From assembly GCA_963668645.2 (NCBI GenBank), contig CAXXWC010000001.1:64001-128000 (forward strand): a stretch of DNA of 64,000 bases, in the 5' to 3' direction. Of the stretch, positions 28,847-39,567 are shown piece by piece (position 1 is the stretch's first letter; every line of letters begins with the position of its first letter). This DNA comes from Desulfobacterales bacterium (lineage in GTDB: Bacteria > Desulfobacterota > Desulfobacteria > Desulfobacterales > UBA2174). A program made the position numbers and the translations under genes. Below the pieces are notes generated by a model. That model searched no databases, was not told the origin of the DNA, and saw only the letters and a list, made by a program, of their open reading frames with translations.

Positions 28847-29692
28847 ATGAAGAGCCGTCAAAACGTCACATTCCACCGCCACCCGGACCTTTCCGGCATC
28901 GAAGTCTGCCGGGTGGTGGACAGCGCCCATGCCTTTCCGAACCATGCCCATGAGCGGATCTTCGCCATCGGCCTGATGGCGGCCGGCGGCTCTTTCTGTC
29001 TCGGACCGGGCCGCCAGGAGGGTTTCGTGGCGCCCGGACGCATCGCCCTGATCAATCCGGGCCAGGTCCACTCGGGCGTCCCGCGCATGGATCATCCAGC
29101 CACCTACCAGATGATCTATATCGAAGTGGCCCGCATGACCGACACGGCCTCGGACATCTGCGAGATCGCCGGCACCCTGCCCGAATTCGAAGCCATCGTG
29201 ATCCAGGATCCGTTGTTATACACCCACTTGATGGGCTTTTGCCGGGATCTGGCGGCCGGCGGGGAGCCCCTGTCCCTCGAAACGGCCTTGATCGAGGCCA
29301 TGGCCCGCCTGGGGGCCAATCATGCCGGGATCCGCCCCCCAGCGGGCAGACCGGAAACGGCGCCCCGGCTCATCCGTGAAGCCAAGGACCTTCTGTCCGG
29401 CGATCTGGAAGAGCGCATTACCCTGGAGGCGGCCGCCAGCCGCCTAGGCATGAACCGCTACCGGTTCCTGCGCGTCTTCAAACGCGCCACCGGCCTTCCG
29501 CCGCACACCTACCGCACGCTACGGCGCATCGAGCAGGCCAGGGAACGGCTGCGCCAGGGAACGCCTTTGGCCCAGGTGGCGCTGGAAACCGGTTTTACGG
29601 ACCAGAGCCATTTTACCAATGCCTTTCGCCAGTATATCGGCGCCACTCCCGGTCAATACCTGTCTCTTGGGGCCCGCGACCATCCACGGTGA
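28847..29692 (+). CDS. AraC-family regulator (cupin sensor); last codons supplied by the IS
   Basis: FPNHAHE, INPGQVH, GFTDQSHFTNAFRQYIGATPGQY. Confidence 0.9.
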   Translation: MKSRQNVTFHRHPDLSGIEVCRVVDSAHAFPNHAHERIFAIGLMAAGGSFCLGPGRQEGFVAPGRIALINPGQVHSGVPRMDHPATYQMIYIEVARMTDTASDICEIAGTLPEFEAIVIQDPLLYTHLMGFCRDLAAGGEPLSLETALIEAMARLGANHAGIRPPAGRPETAPRLIREAKDLLSGDLEERITLEAAASRLGMNRYRFLRVFKRATGLPPHTYRTLRRIEQARERLRQGTPLAQVALETGFTDQSHFTNAFRQYIGATPGQYLSLGARDHPR

Positions 29693-31606
29693 ATTTGTTC
29701 TATGCCCGTGTTGCGGTCGGCCGGCAGTTGTCAGTCATGGCCAGATAGTCGAAGACCAAGCGGACGTTGCGAGCCAGTTGGCGCATTTTTTGCGCCACGC
29801 TGCGCACACCTTTGGATTTAATTGCGCTTACGGCAAAGCGGCGCAACCGGGTGATATTTTCAGGCCCGTGGCCTTTGCGGATACGGCTGCGGTCTTCGTC
29901 GAAGTTCCAGTCGATGATGTAATGGCATTTGTTTTCGATGCACCAATGGCCGCGGTTTATGGCCAGCAGGCATCGGGCGTCGGCCTGCTCGGCAGGTCTA
30001 CTGGTGATACCGTAAGCAATCTCAAATGATTGTTTGCCGCTTTTTTTGTCCGTGCATCGGCGTTCGATGACAAAAGCTTGTTGGACGTGAGGAAAGTCGA
30101 GAAACTCGTTGAGTTCGGTGGTGGTCCAGATCTTGCGCTCTTCGATGCGGCCGTGGTCGGGCGGGTCGCAAAGGATGAAATCGGGTTGGCCGCGGTCTTT
30201 GAAGTACAGACCGATGTCGTCGAACAGTCCGGGCTGGTTGTTTTTGACGGTGAAGTGGTAGTGGGCGCCGCGCTGCTCGACGATGTATTCGGCGAACTTT
30301 CTCTGTGTCAGCAGGGCATCGGCGGTGATGTCTTTGTTTTCGATCTTGATGGCATCGAGCAGGGGCTGGGCGGTCTTGATTTCGTTGGTGCGCTTGACCT
30401 TTTGGTCGTCTACGGCCAGGTTGCCGACTTTTTTTGGGTGTAGCAGGCACTGGTGGTATGGCCGACAACGCTCATGATGTGGGTCTGATAGCCTTGATCG
30501 TCAATGGCGTTGCACATGGTTTTGCCATCGATGGCCAGGCATTGGTCGCAGCCGGCGTGGATGCTGTTCCATTTTTGCAGGGCGTCGTCGAGGCGTGCCG
30601 GATCGACCCGGATGAGCACATCGCGGATGATCGACAGACTCGGCACGCTGTAGTGGCCGTTTCGGTAGCGGCATTGGAAGCGCCGGCGTGCTTTTTGTCC
30701 GAGGCTGTTGGCCCAATCGGAGATGGCCTGGTAGCCGCGCATGCCACACAGGGTTGCTGCGGCGGCGATGGCCAAAACGGTTGCCAGACGATGGCGTCGG
30801 CCTTGGGGGCGTCGCGGATCGGGGATGTCGGCGAAAAATCGGGGCAAAGATTGCATATGTTGAGCCGGCAGCATGATTTTAGGATCTCCTGTTTGATAAA
30901 GCGGTGGCAGCATGGTCTGTGACAAGAGGGTTTGCGCATCGGGGCGCAACGGTTTGACAAAAACCATTTTGGGTGAGTCGGCCGTGTCGCTGTATCCTTT
31001 GGCGTGCCGATGAAAACCTTTGGAGTTTCCGACCGCAGTCCAGTTGTCGGCTTTATAGATGGTTCCCTTGAAGCGCGCGGGATCGACGAAGGTTTCGAGC
31101 AACAGCACGGGATGTCCGAAAGCGGCTTGCCAGTCGGCGGGCAGTCTTTTTCGGCACAAGGCCAGGATGCGCGAGGCCATGTTTGGCAGATGCCAGTCGG
31201 GCAGGATCAGAAAACGGCTGTTGTTGGTCAACAAATTGAGCCGATCGAACTGATGGTTAAAGGGCCAACCGATCCACTGATCGCGAGCAGCACATTTGAG
31301 GGCGGGAGCGGAAAAGCTGACCAAGCCGACCCATTGATCACCGATACAGGCCGCATATCGCAGGGTTTCACCGATTTTGGGCAAGGCGCCCAAGTAATGA
31401 TGCCGGTGCATCAAGCTCTGGAAGCGCTGATCTTGATTCCGGCGAACTAACCGAACAACGACTTGTTTGAGATACAACACATCGCCCCCCATTAACGAAA
31501 GATGACCTGCCGGGGAGCTATATAACTGAATATCAAGGGGTTGTCCAGATGTTTTGATAACCACTTGGAGTTTAATGGCTTATCGAATCAGCACGAAATC
31601 ACCATG
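29685..31606 (-). mobile_element. ISAs1-family insertion sequence (1922 bp)
   Basis: 10-bp direct repeat CGCGACCATC at 29675-29684 and 31607-31616; imperfect 16-bp terminal IR (CACGGTGAATTTGTTC versus reverse complement CATGGTGATTTCGTGC). Confidence 0.88.
29700..31564 (-). CDS. DUF4338-ISAs1 DDE transposase fusion split by a -1 frameshift
   Basis: N-part HHYLG and NNSRFLIL, then IPDPRRPQGRRH and AIDGKT. Slippery A7G at 30428-30435. The -1 frame continues NEIKTAQPLL..ITADALLTQ..VKNNQP to a stop at 29700. Confidence 0.82.
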
Positions 31607-31684
31607 CGCGACCATCGCGGCCAGGGGACGGCGTGATCCGACAGCCGTGACCGCTTTCGGCCGGCATCTTCCCGGAGGAATCGA

Positions 31685-32623
31685 GTGAAAACGTCAGCCA
31701 TGAGTATTGCCGCCGCCGACAGGATCGTTAGCGAGATGCCGCAACGGCGCGAGTACACCGCCCTTGCGGCCATCCTGGCGGCCACATTGCTGTGGGGCGG
31801 ATCGTTTCCGGCCATGCGCGTTGCGGTCCAGGCCCTGAGTCCCTGGTCGGTGATGTGGCTGCGCATGGTGACGGCCACGGTGCTGATGCTGCCTCTGGCC
31901 GGGAGGCTCCGGCCCCGGGGAATCTACCGCCGGGGCGACTGGCGCCTGCTGGTGCCGATGGTGCTCTTCCAGCCTTGTCTCTATTTTTTCCTGGAATCGT
32001 ATGCCCTCACCTTCACCACCAGCTCACAGGCCGGGGTTATCGCCTCTTCCGTACCGTTGTGGGTGGCCGTGGGCGCCGGGATCTTTCTGGCCGAAACAAT
32101 CTCACGCCGGACCATGATCGGCCTGGCGGTCTCCATGGCCGGAGTCATCGCCCTGACCCTGCTCCAGGCGGTGGATGAGTCTGCCGCCAATCCGCTGCTC
32201 GGCAACCTGCTCGAGGTGCTCGCCATGGCCAGTGCGGCGGCCAACATGCTCATCGTCAAGCGCCTCAGCGCCCGCTACAACCCCTGGAGTCTGACCGCGA
32301 TGCAGATGGCCGTGGGAACACTCTTCTTCTCACCGGGCCTGCCGCTGCTGATCCGAAGCGGGGCGGCCGTCTGGACGCCGACCCTGATTGGGGCGATGAT
32401 CTTTCTCGGCGCCCTGGTGACCCTGGGCGCATTCGGTCTCTACAACTGGGGCATGAGCCGCATCCCGGCCAACCGGGCGGCGGTCTTTATCAACCTGGTG
32501 CCGGTTTTTGCCGTGATCTTCGGCTGGACCCTGCTCGGGGAGGGACTCAGCGGCCCCCAGCTCGTGGCCGCCGCAGCCGTTCTTGGAGGGGTTTGGTACA
32601 GTCAGACGGTTGGCAGTAAATAG
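31685..32623 (+). CDS. DMT/EamA family transporter
   Basis: LWGGSF, about 10 TM segments, FINLVPVFAVIFGWTLLGE. Confidence 0.9.
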   Translation: MKTSAMSIAAADRIVSEMPQRREYTALAAILAATLLWGGSFPAMRVAVQALSPWSVMWLRMVTATVLMLPLAGRLRPRGIYRRGDWRLLVPMVLFQPCLYFFLESYALTFTTSSQAGVIASSVPLWVAVGAGIFLAETISRRTMIGLAVSMAGVIALTLLQAVDESAANPLLGNLLEVLAMASAAANMLIVKRLSARYNPWSLTAMQMAVGTLFFSPGLPLLIRSGAAVWTPTLIGAMIFLGALVTLGAFGLYNWGMSRIPANRAAVFINLVPVFAVIFGWTLLGEGLSGPQLVAAAAVLGGVWYSQTVGSK

Positions 32624-32717
32624 GGGAGCAGTTGTGAAAAAATTCAAACTGTGCTGATTTTTTCAATCTGGATGACGATTATTGGCAGATACGAATGGCA
32701 ACCATGCCCAAAATGGT

Positions 32718-32950
32718 TCATGATTCTTTTTTCAATTTAAAAATTAACCAGGTACCCTTTCCGGCACGGCATCCTTTAGCTCTTATCTGGCGATATTCAC
32801 TGGAGTGACAATGCCATCCATTGGTGGCATATTGATTTAATAAGTCCTGGAATTGCTTGCGCCGCTCTTCACTCCAGCCTCCATCATTTGCATCACAACC
32901 AGCAACTTTTGAAACGAAGGCTTTTACCATATATTGGACTGCCATCCGCA
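32718..32950 (-). CDS. Small AT-rich hypothetical protein (DUF4177-like)
   Basis: FQDLLNQYATNGW motif; RBS GGAG upstream. Confidence 0.45.
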
Positions 32951-33481
32951 TCTCCTTTAAACAAAAGAGTTGGTTGGATTTTATCAGCAATGATGGACAG
33001 AGTAGTTTTCCGATTATTGCCTATATATCATTTTAAATTCTCCATATATCAATACGCTGACCATGGATAAAAATTTCGGATTTTCTCCACACATAAACAC
33101 AGATCTATAATTCAAAAATACTCTTGTCTGGTTTAATATCGAGATATTGACAGGCCATCGAGCAGGCCCAGAGCACTTGACAAGATAGGTTCGAGTGCTT
33201 CAGCAGATCAAATCATTGTGGAATATACATAAAAATTGCATAAAGTTCAAGTATTAATTAAGGAGACGTTTCCCCCTACCTATCCGATAGGCTTGCCTCC
33301 TGCATTCCACTCATCACAAAAACCTCGAGAGAGCATCTTGGTCCCCACATTCCAGGTCCGGGATCAGATCGGAATAATGCCTGATCTGGGTGGCAGGTAA
33401 GTTCAACATCGCAGGCACCGCTTTCGATGAATCTGAAACGCCAACTGATGTCCATCCCTACCGTCATGGAGCAGACCGCCG

Positions 33482-34421
33482 CTATGCAGCCAGGCGGCTG
33501 AGCGTCTTAAGCCCCCGGGCGATATCTTCCGCAGCCACGGACGGAAATGTCAGCCGGACGTATAGTCCGGTAGCGCGCCGGGCATCGCTAAAGTCCGGGG
33601 CCACCGCCGGCCAGGCAGCCGCAATGGCCACCCCGGCCGCCTTGCTCCGGTCGATGAACTGGGCCTCGCCGTCCGCGCCGATTCCGGCCAGGGTCAGGGC
33701 GGTGAAGAATCCGCCGGTCACCGGGGCACCGGCAGCGCCGGGAAAATGGGTGGCCAGAGCCGTATTGAGGGCCTCCATGCTTGGTCCCCGGCGAGATCGT
33801 CTTGGTGAAACTGCTCATCAGCACCGGTCCCCAGGCGTCCACCGCAATGGGCAGATTGGCCGTCCCGTCGTAGCGCAGCGCCTCGTAGCAGATGTCCCAG
33901 ATGCAAAACAGCCCGCGGGCGCGGCAGATGCCTTCCACCGCCAGGCGGTTTTCCTCCGTGTAGGTGATCCCCGTGGGATTGTGGTGAAAAGGGATCCCGT
34001 AGAAAGCCGCCGCCTTGCTGCCCGCCGCCAGGGCTTCGAAACGTTCCAGATCGAGGCCCTCGGTTCCGAGGGGCACCCCTATCAGACGGTGGCCGTAGCG
34101 CAGTGCGTCGGTAATCACCCGGTCGTAGGTCGCCTCTTCGATGAGGATGGTGCTCTTTAGCGGCAAGGCCTTGAAGAATAGCGAAATCATCTCCATGCCG
34201 CCATTGCCGGCCACAACCCGGCCGGGAGCCACACCGTGGCTGGCGGCGAGAATTTCGCGCAGGGGGCCAAAGCCGAGAAAATGGCCGTACTGCAGCACGG
34301 CAGCGCCGTGGCGGTCGATAACCTCGGCATAGCCGTTTGCCGCCATGGGTACCAACCGCTCCATGGCCTCATCGGCCGGCACCCCCCGCAGGAAGCTGAC
34401 GGATGCGATCTTGTCGTTCAT
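33482..34421 (-). pseudogene. PLP-dependent class I/II aminotransferase with internal deletion and frameshift
   Basis: LQYG, HNPTG, DICY and SFTKTISPG, then an abrupt jump near 33780 to the C-terminal part (GGFF...VRLTF) in another frame. Confidence 0.75.
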
Positions 34422-34467
34422 GGTATATCCTTTTGAAAAAGTAAAATACGGCTCGCCAGGCGTCCTT

Positions 34468-34764
34468 TCAACCTTCCTCTGACGCCGGCGGCAGGTGCAA
34501 AAACGCGAGGCTCCCGCTGCCGGAGCGCACCAGGGCTTCCTTCTTGGGCTTGGCAAGCTTCTTGACGCAGCGCTCGGCCCTGAGCGCCAACCCGCGACTG
34601 CCGATACGCTCGCTGAAGACCAGTTCGATGGGTCCCCGGCCGCGCAGGTACTTGGCCCCGCGGCCGGCCCGGTGTTCGGCCAACCGGCGGGCTACATCGC
34701 AGGCAATGCCGGTATAGAGACTGCCGTCGCGGCATCGTACCATATAGAGGTACCAGTCCTTCAT
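34468..34764 (-). CDS. GIY-YIG nuclease family (UPF0213/YhbQ-like)
   Basis: WYLYMVRCRDGSLYTGI..DVARRLAEH..GAKY. Confidence 0.88.
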   Translation of the reverse strand: MKDWYLYMVRCRDGSLYTGIACDVARRLAEHRAGRGAKYLRGRGPIELVFSERIGSRGLALRAERCVKKLAKPKKEALVRSGSGSLAFLHLPPASEEG

Positions 34765-35641
34765 CAGGCACCGTCGCCGCGCCTGTCCGCCCGGCAGCCG
34801 CGAATCGTTCCGGCGCCCATTGCGCAGCGGCCAGAAATCATTTCTCTTCCCGCTGGGCGCCTTGAATATCCGGCGCAGCCACCGAACCGCCCTCGCCTCC
34901 CGCACGCAGCGTTACGTGCAGGATCGCCCCCGGCCGCCACAGCCGCATGCGCGGCCCCCAGGTGCCCGTTCCTCGGCAAACGATGACGCGCATCCTGCCC
35001 ACCGTGTACGGACTTTCGAACAGCGGGTAATAGCGGCGCACAAGATAGCCGAAAGGCCAGATCTGCCCGGCGTGGGTATGGCCGCAGAGCATGAGCCCGA
35101 CTCCGGCCCGCGCAGCGCTTTCGGCCCCCCAGGGGGTGTGTGAAAGAAGGATCGTGGCGCCGGCCGGGCGGTCTGCAAGCGCCGTGGCGACAGGGTCCCC
35201 TTGCTGGCGGCCGCGACGATACCGGATGGTCAGATCGTCCACACCGGCCAGCACCAGGCCGGGTCTGACTTCGGCCCAGGCGTCGCGCAGCAGCCGGATG
35301 CCGGCGCTATCGAAAAGGCGTGGATCGATCCCCCCGTAATATTCGCGATTGCCGAGTACCGCCCAGACGCCCAGAGGCGGGGCGAACCGCCGCCAGGGTG
35401 CCATGAGATCAGAAGACGGCGGGCCGTGCCCCTCGACGATGTCCCCGGGCAGGGCCACCATGTCCGGCTGCAGGGCCTCGACCTGGTCGATGCGGGCCGA
35501 CAGCCAGCCGGCGCCGATCTGAGAGCCGAGGTGGGTGTCGGAAACGGCGACGATCACCGTGCCGTCCAGGTGGCTGATCTTCCCCCAAATTGGTGGACAC
35601 CTCGAAAAGCCCAATGTATACGGGCGTCAGGAGGTGTTCCA

Positions 35642-35941
35642 ATGGCACAGAAAAAGAGAAAGAACTACTCACGAGAATTCAAGGTCGAGGCTGTGAACCT
35701 GATTACCCAAAAGGGATACAGCATTGCTGAAGCCTCGCGGAATCTCGGCATAGAATACAGCGTGTTACGACGCTGGAAGTCAGAACTCGCGAAAGATTCT
35801 CAGCATGCTTTTCCTGGTAAGGGAAAACTTGCCGCTCCGGATGAGGAAACGCGTAAGCTCCGCCGTGAGCTGGATCGAGTCAAACAGGAGCGTGACATCC
35901 TAAAAAAAGCGCTGGCCTACTTTGCGGAGGATCAGAAATGA
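35642..35941 (+). CDS. IS3 OrfA
   Basis: YSREFKVEAV HTH and ERDILKKA; A7G slippery site near 35902. Confidence 0.9.
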   Translation: MAQKKRKNYSREFKVEAVNLITQKGYSIAEASRNLGIEYSVLRRWKSELAKDSQHAFPGKGKLAAPDEETRKLRRELDRVKQERDILKKALAYFAEDQK

Positions 35942-36801
35942 AATTTCGATTCATCTCTGAACACGTGGAGACGTTCACTGTAGGCCGCATGTGCAAGCTG
36001 CTAAACGTCTCCCGCTCCGGCTTCTATGCCTGGACAAAGCGTCCGGAGAGCCGCCGGAGCCGTGAAAACCGGGTGCTGGAGGATCGAATCCGACTGTCGC
36101 ATGCAAACAGCCACGGTATCTACGGAGCGCCGCGGATCTACCAGGATCTGAACGATGACGGCGTGCGTTGCGGGAAAAACCGTGTCGCCCGTATCATGCG
36201 CAATGCCGGTATCCGATCTCGTACGAGAAAGAAGTTCAAGGCAACGACGAACTCTCGGCATAATCTACCAGTTGCACAGAATTTACTTGACCGGGACTTC
36301 AACGCAAAGGCTCCCGACACCGCATGGGTCGGCGACATAACCTACATCTGGACCGACGAGGGCTGGCTGTACCTGGCCGTGCTGTTGGATTTGTACAACC
36401 GCGAAGTCGTCGGTTGGTCCGCTGCCAGCCGAATGACACGGCAACTGGCCATTGATGCCCTGGAAATGGCTCTTGGTAAGCGGCAGCCGGAACAAGGGCT
36501 GCTACATCATACGGACCGCGGTAGCCAGTACGCTTCGGCCGATTATCAAAAAATTCTCAAAGAGCGTGGCATGGTCTGCAGCATGAGCCGTAAAGGCAAC
36601 TGCCATGACAATGCCGTGGCGGAAAGCTTCTTTGGCCGCCTTAAGATGGAATGGGTCAACCACGAACGGTACCACAGCCGGTCGGAAGCGATCCAAAACC
36701 TATTTTATTACATAGAGGTCTTCTACAACCGAAAAAGACGCCACTCATCGATTGATTACGCAATCCCGCAAGAATATGAGGGTTTCCTACTTGCGGCTTA
36801 A
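35938..36801 (+). CDS. IS3 OrfB (rve integrase)
   Basis: WVGDITY, HTDRGSQY, DNAVAESFF. Confidence 0.93.
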   Translation: MKFRFISEHVETFTVGRMCKLLNVSRSGFYAWTKRPESRRSRENRVLEDRIRLSHANSHGIYGAPRIYQDLNDDGVRCGKNRVARIMRNAGIRSRTRKKFKATTNSRHNLPVAQNLLDRDFNAKAPDTAWVGDITYIWTDEGWLYLAVLLDLYNREVVGWSAASRMTRQLAIDALEMALGKRQPEQGLLHHTDRGSQYASADYQKILKERGMVCSMSRKGNCHDNAVAESFFGRLKMEWVNHERYHSRSEAIQNLFYYIEVFYNRKRRHSSIDYAIPQEYEGFLLAA

Positions 36802-37458
36802 CCTCGTGTCCACTTTTTCGGGGCAAGATCAGGCAGGCTTGCCAGCCGCACCACATAGCGCTCCACCACCGGCGGCCGCAGCCCCTGGACCAGGGCGATC
36901 AGTGCCAGCACCAGGCCCGCTGCGATGGCTGCACCGCGCAGCAAAACCGCCAGACGGGGCATCACGATCCCGAACAGGGTGACCAGATCCACGGCCAGAA
37001 GCAGGACCACCGTCAAAAAAAGCGTTCCCAGCCAAGTCATCCCGAGAAACTCGATCACCGCGGCCCAGGCCCCGGTTCCGTTGTGGCCCACCACACGCCC
37101 CAGCAAAAAGACGCCCCAGAGAATCAGTGCCGCGGCGAAAAGGCCTTTTGCCGGCAAATGCCGGATCACCAGCGGCAGCGAAGCGGCGCGCCAGAACAGA
37201 TAGGTGTGCATTGCGGTGAAAATCAGGATGAAAATGGTGTTGAACATCGCCCCCGCCCGAAGTGTTGATCGCTCAAGTGGCCGGCCAGCAGTACCGTCCG
37301 CTTTTAGCATAGTGTCCATCCATAAACGGCACCTTTCGGCCCCCGGCGGCGTTCTCGCTCGTTACCAATCCTCGATATAGCGGGCTATTGCTCCGGTTGA
37401 AAACCCGCTCGGGCCTTGCCTGGAACCAAAAATAACCATTTATGGACGGGCACTATAA

Positions 37459-39422
37459 CTTGGGTTTGGGATTTGTAGGCAAAAAACACCTCCGAAATTC
37501 GGCTCTTCCCAAATTCGCACCTAATAAAAACAATTAGTTACAAAAAATCGAGCCGTTTTTTGAGCCCAAATGCTGTAGGCACACGAATTCGCGGTTTAGA
37601 CCTTGACATAAAATATTTCAAACGCTATGTGGGTAAGCATGTACCTACGAACCACAAAGCGCACCAATAAGGACGGCTCAACGGTCGAATACTTCCAACT
37701 GGCCCACAACGAGCGCGATCCCAAAACCCGCAAGCCGGTCGCCAAAATCATCCACAACTTCGGGCGCACCGATCAACTCGATCGCGCTCAGCTCGTGCGC
37801 CTGTGCCGGTCCATCGCACGGGTCTGCGGCCTGACCGTCACCGATCCGCTCGAAAACGACCAGGCGGTCTCGGCACTGGCTGACAGCCTCAAAATTCAAG
37901 AAACCCTCGCCTTCGGCTGCCCGCTGGTTATCGAAACCCTCTGGGAACAGTTGGGGCTTCGAAAGACCTTGGCCGACATCGTCAAGGCCAAAGGGGTCCG
38001 CATCAACTACGAACGGGCCCTATTGGCCATGACCGCCAACCGGCTCTGTGAGCCTGAATCCAAGCTGGGCGTCTGGGATCGCTGGCTGTCCACGGTTTAC
38101 CTGCCGTCATGCGACGGGCTGAAGCTCGATCACATGTACGAGGCCATGGATCTGCTCCACGAACATGCCGCCGAGATCGAAAAAAGCGTCTTTTTCCATA
38201 CCGCCAACCTGTTCAACCTCACCGTGGATCTGATCTTCTACGACACCACCACGGCCTCGTTCCATGTCGACCGGGAAGATGACGGCGACCGGCACGCCAA
38301 CGCCACAATGCGCAAGTTCGGCCGCAACAAGGAAGGCACCTGGTCGCCTCAAGTCGTCGTGGCCCTGGCCGTGACCCGCGAAGGCATCCCGGTGCGCAGT
38401 TGGGTGCTGCCGGGCAACACGGCCGATGTGGCCACTGTCGAAAAGATCCGCACCGATCTGCGAGGCTGGAATCTGGGGCGGGCACTGTTTGTCGCCGACG
38501 CGGGCATGAATTCGCAGACCAACCGCGAAGAATTGGCCCGGGCATGCGGCAAGTACCTCCTGGCCTGCCGGATGGCCAGCGTGGCCGAAATCAAACGCGA
38601 TGTGCTGAGCAAACGCGGCCGCTACACTGTCATCCGAGACAACCTGCACGCAAAAGAAGTCATCGTTGGCGACGGCGAAAGGCGCAAGCGCTACATCCTG
38701 TGCTACAACCCCAAGGAAGCCAAACGCCAGCGGCTACACCGTGAAACGATCGTTCAGATGCTCGAAACCGAACTCGATCGGCACCCGGACCCATCGGCCA
38801 CGGCCCAGTGGGCGATCGAGCTGTTGGCCTCGGCGCGTTTCAAGCGGTATCTGCGCATCACCAAGGGCAACCAGGTCCGAATCGACCGGGCGGCCATCAA
38901 GGCGGCGGCCAAGTACGATGGCAAATGGGTGGTGGAAACCAACGACGATACCATCAGCCTTGAAGACGCCGTCTGCGGGTACAAAGGGTTGATGGTCATC
39001 GAGCGCTGCTTTCGCTCGCTCAAGCGCACCCAGATCAAGATGATGCCGATGTACCACTGGGCCTCGCGGCGCATTGAGGCCCATGTGAAGATCTGTGTGC
39101 TGGCGCTGATGATCGAGCGGGTGGCCGAACTCGAATGCGGCCTGCCCTGGCACCGAATTCGCCGGTCTCTGGACAAGCTGCAAGTCACAAAACTTTGCAA
39201 TTTAAATTACCGTGTGCTTATGCGCAACGAGATCCCCGTGAAAACTGCCAACATACTGAAAGCGCTTAAAATCAAATCTCCGCAGCAGGTCCTTTCACTG
39301 GAAAATCGGCCCTAAAAAGGGGCGAAAATTGTAGACACACGCTGAATTTCATTCATCGCCACAGATGCGCGTCAGATAAGGGTTTGCTCCAATTCCGTGT
39401 TCCTACGTTTCCCAAACCCAAG
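37459..39422 (+). mobile_element. IS1634-family element (1964 bp)
   Basis: IR CTTGGGTTTGGGA..GTAGG / CCTAC..TCCCAAACCCAAG; 5-bp DR TATAA at 37454-37458 and 39423-39427. Confidence 0.88.
37627..39315 (+). CDS. IS1634-family DDE transposase
   Basis: FYDTTT, PGNTAD, VADAGM, IERCFRSLK, RIEAHVKIC; start may be 37639. Confidence 0.9.
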   Translation: MWVSMYLRTTKRTNKDGSTVEYFQLAHNERDPKTRKPVAKIIHNFGRTDQLDRAQLVRLCRSIARVCGLTVTDPLENDQAVSALADSLKIQETLAFGCPLVIETLWEQLGLRKTLADIVKAKGVRINYERALLAMTANRLCEPESKLGVWDRWLSTVYLPSCDGLKLDHMYEAMDLLHEHAAEIEKSVFFHTANLFNLTVDLIFYDTTTASFHVDREDDGDRHANATMRKFGRNKEGTWSPQVVVALAVTREGIPVRSWVLPGNTADVATVEKIRTDLRGWNLGRALFVADAGMNSQTNREELARACGKYLLACRMASVAEIKRDVLSKRGRYTVIRDNLHAKEVIVGDGERRKRYILCYNPKEAKRQRLHRETIVQMLETELDRHPDPSATAQWAIELLASARFKRYLRITKGNQVRIDRAAIKAAAKYDGKWVVETNDDTISLEDAVCGYKGLMVIERCFRSLKRTQIKMMPMYHWASRRIEAHVKICVLALMIERVAELECGLPWHRIRRSLDKLQVTKLCNLNYRVLMRNEIPVKTANILKALKIKSPQQVLSLENRP

Positions 39423-39567
39423 TATAATAGGGGCCGCATGCAGCGCCAGGCGGAAAAAAAACCTGCGACGATCGGACGAGGAATGGGCTATCGGCCTCAC
39501 AGGCAAATGTAACAAATTTTCAAGCCCTTTAGAAGATGTGGTGGCCCGGAGGCTTACCTTGCTGATA

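Larger units (their letters stand above)
35575..36831 (+). mobile_element. IS3-family element (1257 bp)
   Basis: TG...CA ends; IR TGATCTTCCCCCAAATTGGTGGACAC versus reverse complement TGATCTTGCCCCGAAAAAGTGGACAC; 3-bp DR GGC. Confidence 0.93.
34838..37247 (-). pseudogene. Membrane metallophosphoesterase (YkuE-like) split by IS3
   Basis: TM N-part at 36832-37247; C-part has SDTHLG, GDIVE, GNRE, SHTP, GHTHAGQ and GTGTWGP. Confidence 0.85.
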
